In this document: in pieces, positions 1 to 10,286 of the stretch
Layout of the letters: every line of letters begins with the position of its first letter
Position numbering within the stretch: position 1 is the first letter of the stretch
Origin: Perkinsus olseni
Lineage: Eukaryota
DNA length: 35,359 bases
Direction: 5' to 3'
Assembly: GCA_013115125.1 (NCBI GenBank)
Contig: JABANN010000052.1
Span: 62,001 to 97,359 of the forward strand
The notes under the pieces: generated by a model
Seen by the model: only the letters and a program-made list of their open reading frames with translations
The model's database searches: none
Told to the model about the DNA's origin: nothing
Translations under genes and position numbers: made by a program

Positions 1-3000
1 TGACTGTGGTTCTCACCCCAACCGAGGCTAAGGCATGCCGGCAGGTGGGGTGGAGGCACTCCCAACAAGAACTTTTCGGCTTTGATTCAGGGAAGGGCGG
101 GTCGTTGTAGCACCTGCAGGTACTCCATCGCTTACGAAAGAGAGGGAGCAAAACCAATGTCATCGAACCCATCAAAGATCCAACAGTATCGTCCGAGCAA
201 CTCACATTGGGCAGAGGGGATATTGTTTCCGTCCGCCACCAGCCGTGGCTGGGTACGATATCATGACCAACTGGAAGTTGTCCAGCGGGCACGTGAGTTC
301 CTGATGTGCAGTGGAGCATAATTGGCATACCATAACTTCCGAGCTTCTCACCTTGTATAGCTTCACGCTGCTGCCCGTCTGGGGCAGAGCGTACGTCTCG
401 TCACAATGACGGCAGAACAGTCGGACCGGCTTCTTGTCTATCAAGTTCATATACCTGACAACCGCGCATCCGACAACTCCGGCGCGATGGGCCTTACGTC
501 CTGCACTTGCCGCATCGTGACATGAGCTTGCCAGTAGCAGCCAGGGAGGTGAAGGTGGACTCGAAAAGGTGATCCATGAGATCAACATGCGCCACGAAAT
601 ACATAAACTTTTGCTGGAAGATGGTGAGGGCATGCGCGGTTACCTGTACAAAAGGCGCCGAGGAATTCGAGACGACCGAAAGAAGAAAATCGTTCGTCGA
701 GCCCAACCTGGCGATCGCTATATGGAAGTACGTTCACGAGAAGCCGGGAATGGGGTGATCTCACCTCGTCCTTTCGGGCCTTGCCATTGGCGATAAGAGT
801 ACACTCGCTCTCGATATTAGCCCTGACTCGCGGGATGACCAGCTCATTATCAATGGCCTGGTATCCGTGCACCAGTGCGATGCCTGAATGCACCAACAGC
901 TGCACACAGCAGCCCTCCCCTCTGGGTATATCGCACCGAGTTTCGTAGGGACCAGCCGTCGGCCATCTGTGAGAGAGACGTAGTTTCGCTCACAGATGTT
1001 GTTGATGTGAGTAGCCATCGAAGCATCAGTGCCAATGCCATTCTTCTCCATCAAACCGAGGAGATCTGAAGCCGTACCACAAAATCAGATACTCCTAATT
1101 TGAAAGGAATCGCATCCTACCTGATTCAGAAAGATACGGAGGCGGCTTCGTCTTAGCGCTGCTGATGGACTTGGACGCTATCTGCAACTTCTCGCCAACT
1201 CTCAACTGACAAGAAGCCGCCCTCAATACCGGATGATGCCGCGGCCAGCGTCCCCTACAGGAGGAACGTAAATGTCCTGCATCTCTCCAGTATACTGAAC
1301 TCGAGTGAAGCCGGGGCTCTTCATGCGCCGACCACTCACGGAGAATTTCTGAAGAACGTTATAACATGCGAGCGCGTCCAAGTGCACAGGAAACCGTGGC
1401 CAAGGCACCAGCAAACTACCTCATCCCCTATTGTGAAGTGAACCTTAGTCCTAGTAAACTTGCAGTCATGACTGAGAGTGGCCAAGAAGTGACGAGTGAG
1501 CATATCAAAGAGCCTCCAGGAGTCTGAGCTGCCGAAGTCTCCTTCTGTCGCTGACCTGAGCCACCGTGGGACATCGACGTCTACCATACTACATGGGCCA
1601 GGGCGCACCGTCACAATCAGTGGCGCTTGGTGGTACGTCTCCATTCTCATCACTCAAATAGCGTCATTACCTCACTGGTGTTATAGGTGGATGATCCCCA
1701 GCATCATAACCCTCCTTTGGTCGATTCAGTCCGGTCGTGAGCAGCTCAGTCGCAAACTCTCCCCAATAGCTGATGGGGTAACACTGAACTTCCCCAAAGA
1801 TCGAGTAGCCCTTACGGATTCCTGGTTTGAAAAGATACGGCCTCCCGGAGGTCGAAAGCTGGAGGATACTTGGTAGTCTCAGTACGAGGATACGTTATGT
1901 AACCCGACAGATAGAGACGCTCGGCAACCTGATATTCTGGCGGTGATAGTGGTCAGATGATTAAAATTCATTGCCACGATATGAAACTCCGATGGAAAGA
2001 GACGCGCTCATCAACTATAGTATGTGCATGCACCTCTGCCGTCGAATTCAGACGACTGCTATACTGTCACGATCGCTCTCTACTTCTTCCATCAGCGAGG
2101 GGTCTCAAGCAGGATGAGGCTCTCCTTATCCTGCTCATAGAATTATACTCTCCCCGAGAGTTATAAAACCAAGTCCCCTTACAGCCAGAGCTTAGCATCG
2201 CCCACTGCCCTCCGAAAGTAATGCATCACGAATAACAGGAACATGTAGTAGCGACAATCAAGCAGAGCCTAGCACTGGCACCAAGCCTCGTACTACCTGC
2301 ATGGCTTGCTGTGGGCCCATACCCAGCTGCTGTGATGCTAACTTCAACATCAGCACTGTATTCATCGCCCCTGGTCTCGATCTCCGCTCCTATGCTCCAC
2401 AATCAAGACCGCTACTCCAATCGACGTACTACCTCCTTCTCACTAACGTCCGTCACCGTCGCCCACTGATGACTGTCAATCATCGACTTGAATGTGGTGG
2501 CTGCTTGCAGGTCGAACAGTTGACCCCGAGCCCACTCCAACCAGAGAGGGGATGCCAGCTGCGAACCTGACAATGAGTACGAATGATGAAGCATAATGCG
2601 CCCTCAGACACAGCCCGCCCGCGTGGGGCCAAAACAGCAAAGGCCAAGTGCAAAGGCCGCTCATCATCGGTGTGGCCGACGATCAAAAACTGGGCATCCT
2701 GCTATTGTGTATCAGTCGATATCGCCCCCAATACCGTACGAATCAACGGTCTCCACGGGCACTCCCCGTTGTCACCTTCAAGTTTGACATCCATGGTGTA
2801 GTACGTCTCCGGCTGGAACGTTTGAATGTCATTATGCCTCCGTACACAGAACCACAGTGTTGGAGTTTGGCAGGGTCCATAGGATACAAGCGAGGAATCA
2901 AGATCGCCGTACTTCCCCTAAGACGACACTTCATCCCACCGTGCTGCGTCAGAAGGACGGATTGCTTTCTATTTGACGGCTAGACCGCGGCGGGGCCAAC

Positions 3001-3997
3001 CAGACCACAGGAAAGACGTTACCTGGAAATATCTTGTCTGGAAGCGAGTGAAAGCCACGCCAGTTTTGAGGTCAATCTCCTGGCGAGCGTCCACTGATAG
3101 GGCCTCATTCTTGTTGGGGTAGCCGAGATTATGGTAGGCGTGCTGATCGAAGACGCCCACTAGCTGATACGGTTGCCAGTAGTTAAGTACTACCTGTAAG
3201 TCCTTGGCAACCAAACTGGAGAATTTCGCGCGCCACACATTCTTCCGATCCGGCAATTGAGGTACGACGTTCTGCATAACCTGAAGAAAGCAACGAAGTC
3301 GTAAACTTTGTAAGAACGCTGGTGGAGATCCTGCCAAGCCTAGGAAGGACAAAAGGCGCATTACCTCGAAGCAGATGTTCTCTCCCTCCCTATCACAATC
3401 GAGCCACAGTACCAGATGGTTGCAGCCTTTGGACTCTGAGCGCAGATGCTGAGGCATCCTCTGCTTTGGGTTGGCCTGAGTGAGGGCAACAGCGTCCGCC
3501 AATGGGCGCACAGCTCTCCCACCAGCGATTCTCAGAAAGAACCGTGCTGTCAATCAAAGCACCAGAGGACAGTTCCGATTCGTTGCTGTCACATTGAGGT
3601 ACGCCCCATGGAGTCTGGCCTACTACCTCCTTCTGAATTGTCTTGGACTCGAACAGCTTAGCCGGGTCGACTCTGTCCCAGTTGTTGAGCTCTGGGGGGA
3701 AGTCTATCGTGTATACATGGCCAGCCACGGACGTGATCTTGATCCATGCCGGGCTCCCCTGAGCGACCACTGTCCCTCATACCGCACCATCACCGATTGC
3801 CACCTGGAAATCTCCGTTGAACTCGTGCACTTGGCTTACAGGAGACGCTCCTCTTCGAGACTGAGGCATTCACAAAGTCTCTACGTTTCAATGACCCTCA
3901 AGTCTGTACGTACATTGTACTTGCCCTTGCAAAGAGACTTTGCCAGGGCCTCGGCAATAGAGGGCTTCTCTGCCACCATCAACACCTGCTGCACCAT
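1..3997 (-). CDS. TOP3B: DNA topoisomerase III beta (type IA), multi-exon, 3' end runs off the left edge of the window
   Basis: Spliced exons give the TOPRIM start MVQQVLMVAEKPSIA (ATG at 3997), then TSVAGHV, LVLWLDCDREGENICFEV, EALSVDARQEIDLKTGVAFTRFQT and GKYGDLDSSLVSYGPCQTPTL. The catalytic AERLYLSGYITYPRTET lies near 1880-1930, followed by MEKNGIGTDASMATHINNICERNYV. C-terminal zinc ribbons RCGKC, FCRHCDETYALPQ, CPLDNF and CWECLHPTC are typical of the TOP3B subfamily. The introns I traced have GT-AG ends. Confidence 0.96.
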
Positions 3998-4221
3998 AGC
4001 GTTAAGGATTCCGACCAGAAACGGTCAGGTAAAGTCAACTGCTTCAACCACTATGAACGAAAGACCGGCAGCGTGCGCGGCATTGACCACTTTCCAACGC
4101 AACATCTTCGGCAAAACCACCTTCAAAATGTGCCATCAACAACAATACTAAGCAGCCTCCCCTCCTCCATCGGCCTTATCTGGTGCTCGCATTAGAGCTA
4201 TATGAACTGCTGTACACTCTC

Positions 4222-4590
4222 TTACTCAGTAGCCTCATCGGCACCACCGGTGCTGCTGGCCACGACCGAACGGAACTTGGCCAAAATGTGAAGGCAGACG
4301 ACGCAGCCCATGTAGGCAAGGGAGAGGACCAAGACAGTGGTAGGCCCAACCTTGATACCCGGGGCATCGTCAGTGTAGAACTTGAGGATAGAGTTTCCGG
4401 CGGCCTGAGAATAGCAGAATCAAATCGTCACAGCCGTCTGGTTGCTTACCCTCTTTCCAGAAGTAGGGGCGGCCTTCTGGCTGCTACCCACGTTCCTCCT
4501 ATGGAGGTGGTTGGTACGGGCGCCTCCAACCGTCTGCGCGGGAGCCGCGGCACCGGGAGCGTTCATGGTGGTTTCGGAGCCCTTGGTCAT
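4222..4590 (-). CDS. SEC61B: Sec61 translocon beta subunit (2 exons: 4590-4450 and 4404-4222; 107 aa)
   Basis: Not in the ORF track. Translated by hand as MTKGSETTMNAPG...KR|AAGNSILKFYTDDAPGIKVGPTTVLVLSLAYMGCVVCLHILAKF...EATE*. LKFYTDDAPGIKVGP followed by a TM helix ending LHI is the Sec61beta signature. The 45-nt intron 4449-4405 reads GTAAGC...TCTCAG. Confidence 0.94.
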
Positions 4591-4963
4591 TTTGAAGAAA
4601 AAATGTGTCTTATTAACCTAGTGGCTAAAAAGCATTGGGTTATCTCCATTCCGTAACTCTTTCACCCCAGAAGACGTCCACCTGCCAGAATTCGACTAGG
4701 AGTTCAGCAGGGTGTGTTAAGGATGATAACGATACCTCACAAGGTTATCATGATACTTGGCAGCCGATGTCTAGCGAGTTCACTTGGACCAGCACTGAAA
4801 ACTCCAGAAACACGAGCAGAATCGATCACACGGGCGTGCGCGAAAGCGCTCATACCACTCCTCTCCCAAATCACAATCAAAAGCACATTGTGAGAACTAA
4901 CTCAAAGCTGAGACGACTTAGATAAAAAGCTCTATAAATACCAAATAACTGACATAAGTGCTA

Positions 4964-7900
4964 CTACGCGAACTCAAATCCTTTCGACCCCAATCTGGCT
5001 GCAGTCATCAGCTTCATACACAGAGTCTTCTCGTTGTTGTACGACGGCAGAGTCAATTGATTAAAGCAAGTGGAGGCCCGAGGGAGGTCAGGGCAGAGAG
5101 GGTCTCCTATAGTGGTCCTGACGATCCTGAAGCCTGCCGAGGCGTTACCGAGGGAACGTAACTGGGCGAAGCCACCGACAGGCACGCTCGTGAGACCTGT
5201 GGCGAATAGTAGCACCAAGCGCGCTTCGCCGTCACTGAGGCCTCGGAGGAGCTTCCAGAACCAGAGGATCTGCGGCGAGGAGGCGTCGTAGCCCTCGTAG
5301 TGAGTATGAGCCTGCCAGTCGGCCAAGTCCAGAGGCTTGTCCCCTCCCGAGTGTAGGATGACAGCGAGCTCGTCCGAGGAGAACAGCTTCAGCTCGTAGG
5401 ACTTGAGGACATCTCTCATGCCCCGTTTCAGTGCCGCCGCTGGTCCCGGCCTGTAAACCTTGTCCGTTACTTGACCCAGGATATACCCTTCTTTGTCGTC
5501 TTCCCCACAGGGCAAGCAAAGATCCTCCTCCAGGCCAGTGAGATCGTTGTCCTGCAAGTACTTCATGCTGCTGTGAAAAGTAGGCGACCAGACGCTCAAC
5601 CACTCCCACAACTCCTCCATTTCCGGCGGGTCGAATGGATCCGGTTTCTTCAACGCCTCCACCACCGACCTGTGCAGCGGCAGTCTGATACCAACGCCAT
5701 GAAGGAGTGCCAGGGCCAGGAGCCTGCCGATTCCCACGAAGACGTCGAGGTCAGCGTCCCTCCGCGGTAGCAGCAGACGACCGTCGTCGCTCCTCTCGAA
5801 GGCGAAGTCCGGCAACTCGTCGAATATGCAAGTCCACATCTCCCGCTCTGGTCCCAGACAGGATCCTCGTTCCTTATACCAACTCACGCTGAGGTTGCCC
5901 CACCTCATCTGGTTGCTGTCGAACGATAGGACTCTTTTGACCGTCTCCTGGAGGAAGAAGGGGCCTCGAAGGCAAATGAACTTCATCACCGGCACGAAGG
6001 GTGGATGACCCTGCCTCACCGACATCGCCAACAGCTTCATCTTATTCTCCATATCAAGGGCAGCAGCGAAGGGCTCTGCCGATCTAGCCCTCAGGATGTA
6101 GGCCAGAGGCTGTCCCGGCAGCAGGAGCTCCAGCCGTGGGCGTAGGAAGTCGTTGAGCATCTTGAAGAACGGCGGACGCTCACACACGAAGCGCATCAAT
6201 CGCGCCACTCGAGGCCTCGCTCGATTCGGGTCCTTCTTGAGCAAGTCCTTGATAACCGAGAGCTGCGGGAACCCTGGCTGGGCCGTATCGTGACGGAGGA
6301 GAACCTCAACTGCATCAGCACCAGCGTCCTCCGACTCCACGCACTGAAGCGCATACAGGAGAGGAGGCCAGCCGGACTTGTCACATTTCTGTACATCAGC
6401 TCCGAGTTCAATCAGCTGCGCCACACCTAGTGCCGATCCCTCAACGGCAGCCATGTGTAGAGGTGTCACGCCTGTCTCCTTCACCACACAGTTGAAGCCA
6501 CAGTTGCCGTACTTGACCAAGTACCGCACAGTCGCCGGGCATCCAGCGGCCAAATGCAAGGCCGAATTGCCCTGTCCATCAAGCTCTGTGTAATCCGCAG
6601 GCCTCAGGATGCTCAGCTTCTCCACCGACTTCTCAGCAGCCGCAATCAGCACTGCGGAGCGCCTCTCGGCGAAGGCGCGTGACTTGAGTAGTCTCCGCCT
6701 CTCACTGCCTTTAACAGCCCCCAAGAGGGCAGCAGCAAAGACCGCATCACCCGGCCGCAGTAGAGCCAGCTGCAGGGCCGTCGAGCGATACTCCTTATCC
6801 ACCTCGAATTGCAAACTTGGAGAGAAGACGCTGAGGAACTCTCGAACCCCCTTGGCGTCGAAGCTAGGGTTCATAGCAACCAAGTGAAGCGGTGTCAGAC
6901 CAAATCTGTCGCGCAATCTGGCTGGGGCGATTGACGTACAGGTACCCCGGAGCTCCCAGAGAATATTCCGGACGCCGGCAGTGTCCCGCATGGCTAAGGC
7001 ATGAAGGACACTACGACGATGAGGACCATGGGAGGCTGTGAGTACGGTAGTGGTCTGACCAGACCAAAAATCTCGAGAATCGTCCAGATCGGGAGAGCAG
7101 GCCTTCTCCAACGGCGATGTCTCGGAGCCTTTTTGACGGACCTTCGCTCGACCCAAGATGCATCTTGCAACCTCCCGAGCAGCTTCCTCCTCGCTAGGGT
7201 TCGCAATCTCCTCCTTCCTGAACCACACAGCCCAGTGCCTCGGTATGGTATCAGCCCATCGGGGCTGCTCCTCCATGCTCCTCGGGCCCTTCACTTGCAT
7301 CGGGGTCGGACTTACCTCCTCCTCGTCATCATCAGGCACCAGGAAACTATCATCAGAATCAGCTTCGCTCTCCTCGCTACCCTCAACCGAGCTCGTGTCG
7401 AACAGCGTCGCATTCAGCCGAGGACAGGCAGCAAAGCGAGTAGGTGAAGCGACGCCCACACCATCGTAGTTGTCTTCCTCCTCGGACTCAACGGAAGCAG
7501 CGCTCCTCATCCCGAACAGCTTCCTAGTGAGACTCGCCTCGTGTTCTCTCAGCTTGCGCCTCTCCACCTCCCTCCGGTGCGCCGCCGGGTCAACGACCAT
7601 ATCGCTGTCCTCGGATTCAGACCCTCCCGCAGCCCCAACTCTACCCTCCTCTGACTGCTCCTGCGACTCCTCAGTCGAGCTTTCCTCCTCATCTACTCGA
7701 AAATTATTTCGAAACCTTCGGCGTTTGCCCGCCCTCTTGTCCTCTCTATCAGCAGTGCTCGCCTCCTCATCACTATCAGACTCATCTAGGTATGATTGCC
7801 GCAGAGTCGCTTGCCGCTTCAGCCTTATCTTAGCATAAGGCGATTCCTCCACTCCCTCACTCAGGCGCCCCCTATGGTTCCTCACAGGAGGCGATGTCGC

Positions 7901-8035
7901 TCTCGTAGACGGTGTGGCAGCTCTGCCCCTACTAGGCTTGGCAGGGGTCACAGCCGCAGCCGCAGGGGAGGCGGCGCTCAGCTTTTTTCGAGCCAGCCGA
8001 GGACTCTGCCGGAGAGAGGTTTCCGCGTCCGACAT
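4964..8035 (-). CDS. Ankyrin-repeat HECT E3 ubiquitin ligase (HACE1-like architecture), intronless, 1023 aa
   Basis: Acidic/basic low-complexity N-terminus with NLS-like stretches. Ankyrin motifs GLTPLHLVA, GNSALHLAA, GVTPLHMAA and GWPPLLYA. HECT C-lobe DWQAHTHY...ILWFW...LLFATG...LPRASTCFNQLTLPSY (catalytic Cys), ending GFEFA. Confidence 0.92.
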   Translation of the reverse strand: MSDAETSLRQSPRLARKKLSAASPAAAAVTPAKPSRGRAATPSTRATSPPVRNHRGRLSEGVEESPYAKIRLKRQATLRQSYLDESDSDEEASTADREDKRAGKRRRFRNNFRVDEEESSTEESQEQSEEGRVGAAGGSESEDSDMVVDPAAHRREVERRKLREHEASLTRKLFGMRSAASVESEEEDNYDGVGVASPTRFAACPRLNATLFDTSSVEGSEESEADSDDSFLVPDDDEEEVSPTPMQVKGPRSMEEQPRWADTIPRHWAVWFRKEEIANPSEEEAAREVARCILGRAKVRQKGSETSPLEKACSPDLDDSRDFWSGQTTTVLTASHGPHRRSVLHALAMRDTAGVRNILWELRGTCTSIAPARLRDRFGLTPLHLVAMNPSFDAKGVREFLSVFSPSLQFEVDKEYRSTALQLALLRPGDAVFAAALLGAVKGSERRRLLKSRAFAERRSAVLIAAAEKSVEKLSILRPADYTELDGQGNSALHLAAGCPATVRYLVKYGNCGFNCVVKETGVTPLHMAAVEGSALGVAQLIELGADVQKCDKSGWPPLLYALQCVESEDAGADAVEVLLRHDTAQPGFPQLSVIKDLLKKDPNRARPRVARLMRFVCERPPFFKMLNDFLRPRLELLLPGQPLAYILRARSAEPFAAALDMENKMKLLAMSVRQGHPPFVPVMKFICLRGPFFLQETVKRVLSFDSNQMRWGNLSVSWYKERGSCLGPEREMWTCIFDELPDFAFERSDDGRLLLPRRDADLDVFVGIGRLLALALLHGVGIRLPLHRSVVEALKKPDPFDPPEMEELWEWLSVWSPTFHSSMKYLQDNDLTGLEEDLCLPCGEDDKEGYILGQVTDKVYRPGPAAALKRGMRDVLKSYELKLFSSDELAVILHSGGDKPLDLADWQAHTHYEGYDASSPQILWFWKLLRGLSDGEARLVLLFATGLTSVPVGGFAQLRSLGNASAGFRIVRTTIGDPLCPDLPRASTCFNQLTLPSYNNEKTLCMKLMTAARLGSKGFEFA

Positions 8036-8160
8036 AAGGAAGAATAAAACTCATCCTAGCAGTTGACACTACCTATTCCCCCACATGCACGCTCGACCTC
8101 AAGATACGCCCACGAGAACCACAATTTACCAAACTTAAGGCTGTCCAAAACAAAGAAACG

Positions 8161-9402
8161 TCACTCGGCTGCGTAATAAGGTTTCGGCAAGCTAACCACC
8201 TCCCCTGGCCGGATCGCCATGTCGTCCACTCTCGAGGCGTGAAGCTGCATCGCCGGTGCCGTGAACTTGCCGCAGCTGCACTTCAGACCATACCAGTTCC
8301 AACTGCCCAGCTTAGCACCGCAAGAACATAGTAAAGTCTGAGTGCCAACGAACTCCGCTCCGCTGTTGGCCGACTCGACCACGTCTGTCATCCACTCCAT
8401 AACCTCTATAAAGTAGCTCGTGCAGTCCCTGCCTCCATGTACAATATTCGTATCACCACACAGCGTTCGAGAACACCGGCCACATCGCAGTCGTCGCTTC
8501 ACCTTCTGGGGTCGCAATGCGAGAATCGCCTCACGCACATCCTCCGGCCGGGTCTCAAAGGAGAAGCCGTACTTGCGACAGATCCGAAGGTAGAGCACAT
8601 GTGGCTCCTCGGCATTCACCGCCTTGCTGAGGAGGTAGTCCACTTTCTCTTCCGGTTTGTCTTCCTTAACGTCGTCTCTATAAAGTGCGATGAGAGCAGC
8701 CCTCCAGTCGAAACCTCGAGGCTTTGCTTCGTCTACGACGGTAGCATTCGGTACCTCCACTACCTCGGCCTGCTGCTGCTGCTGCTGCTGCTGCTGTTGA
8801 GCAGTGGACTCAGCGAGTCTCCTAGCAGCCCAATAACGCCGGTGCTCCTCAGAGTCCAAGCTCATATCAAACTTGTACACCGTACCCCACTGCCTCAACT
8901 GGTGCCTAAAATTCTCCGAGATTTCAATGTTTTCCTCCTTCTCATGGACCATGCCCTCGACCAGATCAAAATCGAGACCCCAAGCCTTCATCAGATACGC
9001 GCATATCACCGCCGCGCTCCGACACCGCCCAGCTTGGCAATGCACCAGCACCTTGCCGTGATGGTCAATACAGTACTTGATGAACACCACAGCCTTATCG
9101 ATGTGGGGAAGTAGATCGTCCTTCCCATCGTCCCACAGCGGGACGTACTCGAAAGCCACTCCTTCGAGATGTTCCGGCAAGGCCTCACCCTCCACCAGAG
9201 CGTTGCATCGCAGAATGGCTGTAATGCCCCTTTTACTCCGCAGCCGAGACCTCTTCAAACACGCGTTGGCAGCCTCCTGGTCTCCGATGATGATGCCCGG
9301 GAAGAGCTCATGAAGAATCATCTCAAATGCTGCGACAAAGGGAGGTTCGAGCATCCCCGCATGAACAACGACCATCAAGTTCATCAAACAGAAACTTTGC
9401 AT
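8161..9402 (-). CDS. Dual-specificity phosphatase, YVH1/DUSP12 type with C-terminal zinc-binding domain (true start may be the Met at 9321)
   Basis: Active-site loop VLVHCQAGRCRSAAVICAYLM (HCx5R). C-terminal RCGRC...H...C...YFIE...CSCGAKLGSWNWYGLKCSCG matches the YVH1/DUSP12 zinc domain. Confidence 0.9.
   Translation of the reverse strand: MQSFCLMNLMVVVHAGMLEPPFVAAFEMILHELFPGIIIGDQEAANACLKRSRLRSKRGITAILRCNALVEGEALPEHLEGVAFEYVPLWDDGKDDLLPHIDKAVVFIKYCIDHHGKVLVHCQAGRCRSAAVICAYLMKAWGLDFDLVEGMVHEKEENIEISENFRHQLRQWGTVYKFDMSLDSEEHRRYWAARRLAESTAQQQQQQQQQQAEVVEVPNATVVDEAKPRGFDWRAALIALYRDDVKEDKPEEKVDYLLSKAVNAEEPHVLYLRICRKYGFSFETRPEDVREAILALRPQKVKRRLRCGRCSRTLCGDTNIVHGGRDCTSYFIEVMEWMTDVVESANSGAEFVGTQTLLCSCGAKLGSWNWYGLKCSCGKFTAPAMQLHASRVDDMAIRPGEVVSLPKPYYAAE
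8770..8799 (-). repeat. CAA(CAG)9 trinucleotide repeat encoding Q10 in the phosphatase linker
   Basis: The plus strand reads (ctg)9 ttg at 8770-8799. Confidence 0.95.
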
Positions 9403-9414
9403 GACAATGGCTAT

Positions 9415-10117
9415 CTACACATCCCCGTCGACCTTGGCCGTATCTTCACTAACCTCAACGATCTCCCACTCCTTCAGGAACTCCTGCTCTCTCTCTATCT
9501 GCTGCAGCACCTTAGCTATACGGTTCTCCGACCCATCGCGCCATTCCTGCGAGAGCGCTGAGTTCGCCCGACAAGCGCAAGAGAAATATCACCTGCAGCA
9601 TCTTGTTCTGGTACGTATTGTGCAGCGCCGCTGTCTCCTTCCGAGCCGCTCTCTCGTCCTGATGCCGCTGCATCCTCTGCTGTGGCGTTTCGGGAATCCT
9701 CTCACTCCTCTTGAACTTCAAGTTTTTGTACTAATAATGCCAAAACGATCCACTACCACGAGCGGAGCGAAGCTCATATATTACCGCAGCGTATACGTAG
9801 TAGAGGACCAGAGAGAATACTGTCAGCCTGAGGGCCGAATCCCATTTGTAAAAAGTCTTAACGTCGTGTGTGAGCAGCCACCAGAAGCCAGCCCCGATCG
9901 GGGTGTGCTTGGGCTCATCAAACCACTGATAGGTACGATTCATCCGGTCCTTCCATCGCTCCGTGAATGTTTTCTTGTCCTTTTCCGGATCGGGAGAGAA
10001 CCACTGTTGCAGTCGCACTTTCACTGATGATACACCCCGCTGTTGTATCAGCGTGTAAGTTGGCCGGCAGAGGGCTGGGGCTGTGACGGAGGCAGCCAAG
10101 GGCCTCAGGCCTAGCAT
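9415..10117 (-). CDS. Hypothetical single-pass membrane protein, probably mitochondrial (exons 10117-9785, 9730-9593, 9546-9415; 3' end ambiguous)
   Basis: Two phase-0 GT-AG introns of 54 and 46 nt join three ORF pieces. The N-terminus MLGLRPLAASVTAPALCRPTYTLIQQRGVSS is rich in Arg/Ser/Ala with no acidic residues, like a presequence. One hydrophobic helix (LTVFSLVLYYVYAA) precedes a charged, coiled-coil-like tail. Confidence 0.65.
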
Positions 10118-10286
10118 GTGGAATAAATACTAGATAGCTGAGCTGTCGTTTCTTATTAGGACGGCAACCTCCTGTGAGCATTCACGAGCGCGCTCACCCA
10201 GACAATCAGAGACTGCGACGACGGCTTCCGTCCCGCAGGGCGGCTCAACGATGAAAGTGCAAAGGGGAAACGTTTCAATTTGGCAA

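Noticed and set aside
1953-2014. Possible box C/D snoRNA (TGATGA...CTGA on the minus strand) in the long TOP3B intron
   Set aside because: The CTGA is part of a CTGAC about 23 nt from the 3' AG, so it is probably the branch point. The terminal stem geometry is non-canonical and I could not identify an rRNA-complementary guide.
4176-4656. ORF-track calls 4176-4367(-) and 4183-4656(+)
   Set aside because: They are the wrong frame or strand. The real gene is the spliced Sec61 beta.
8437-9114. 225-aa plus-strand ORF with poly-Leu
   Set aside because: It is the antisense shadow of the phosphatase; the poly-Leu is the reverse complement of the CAG repeat.
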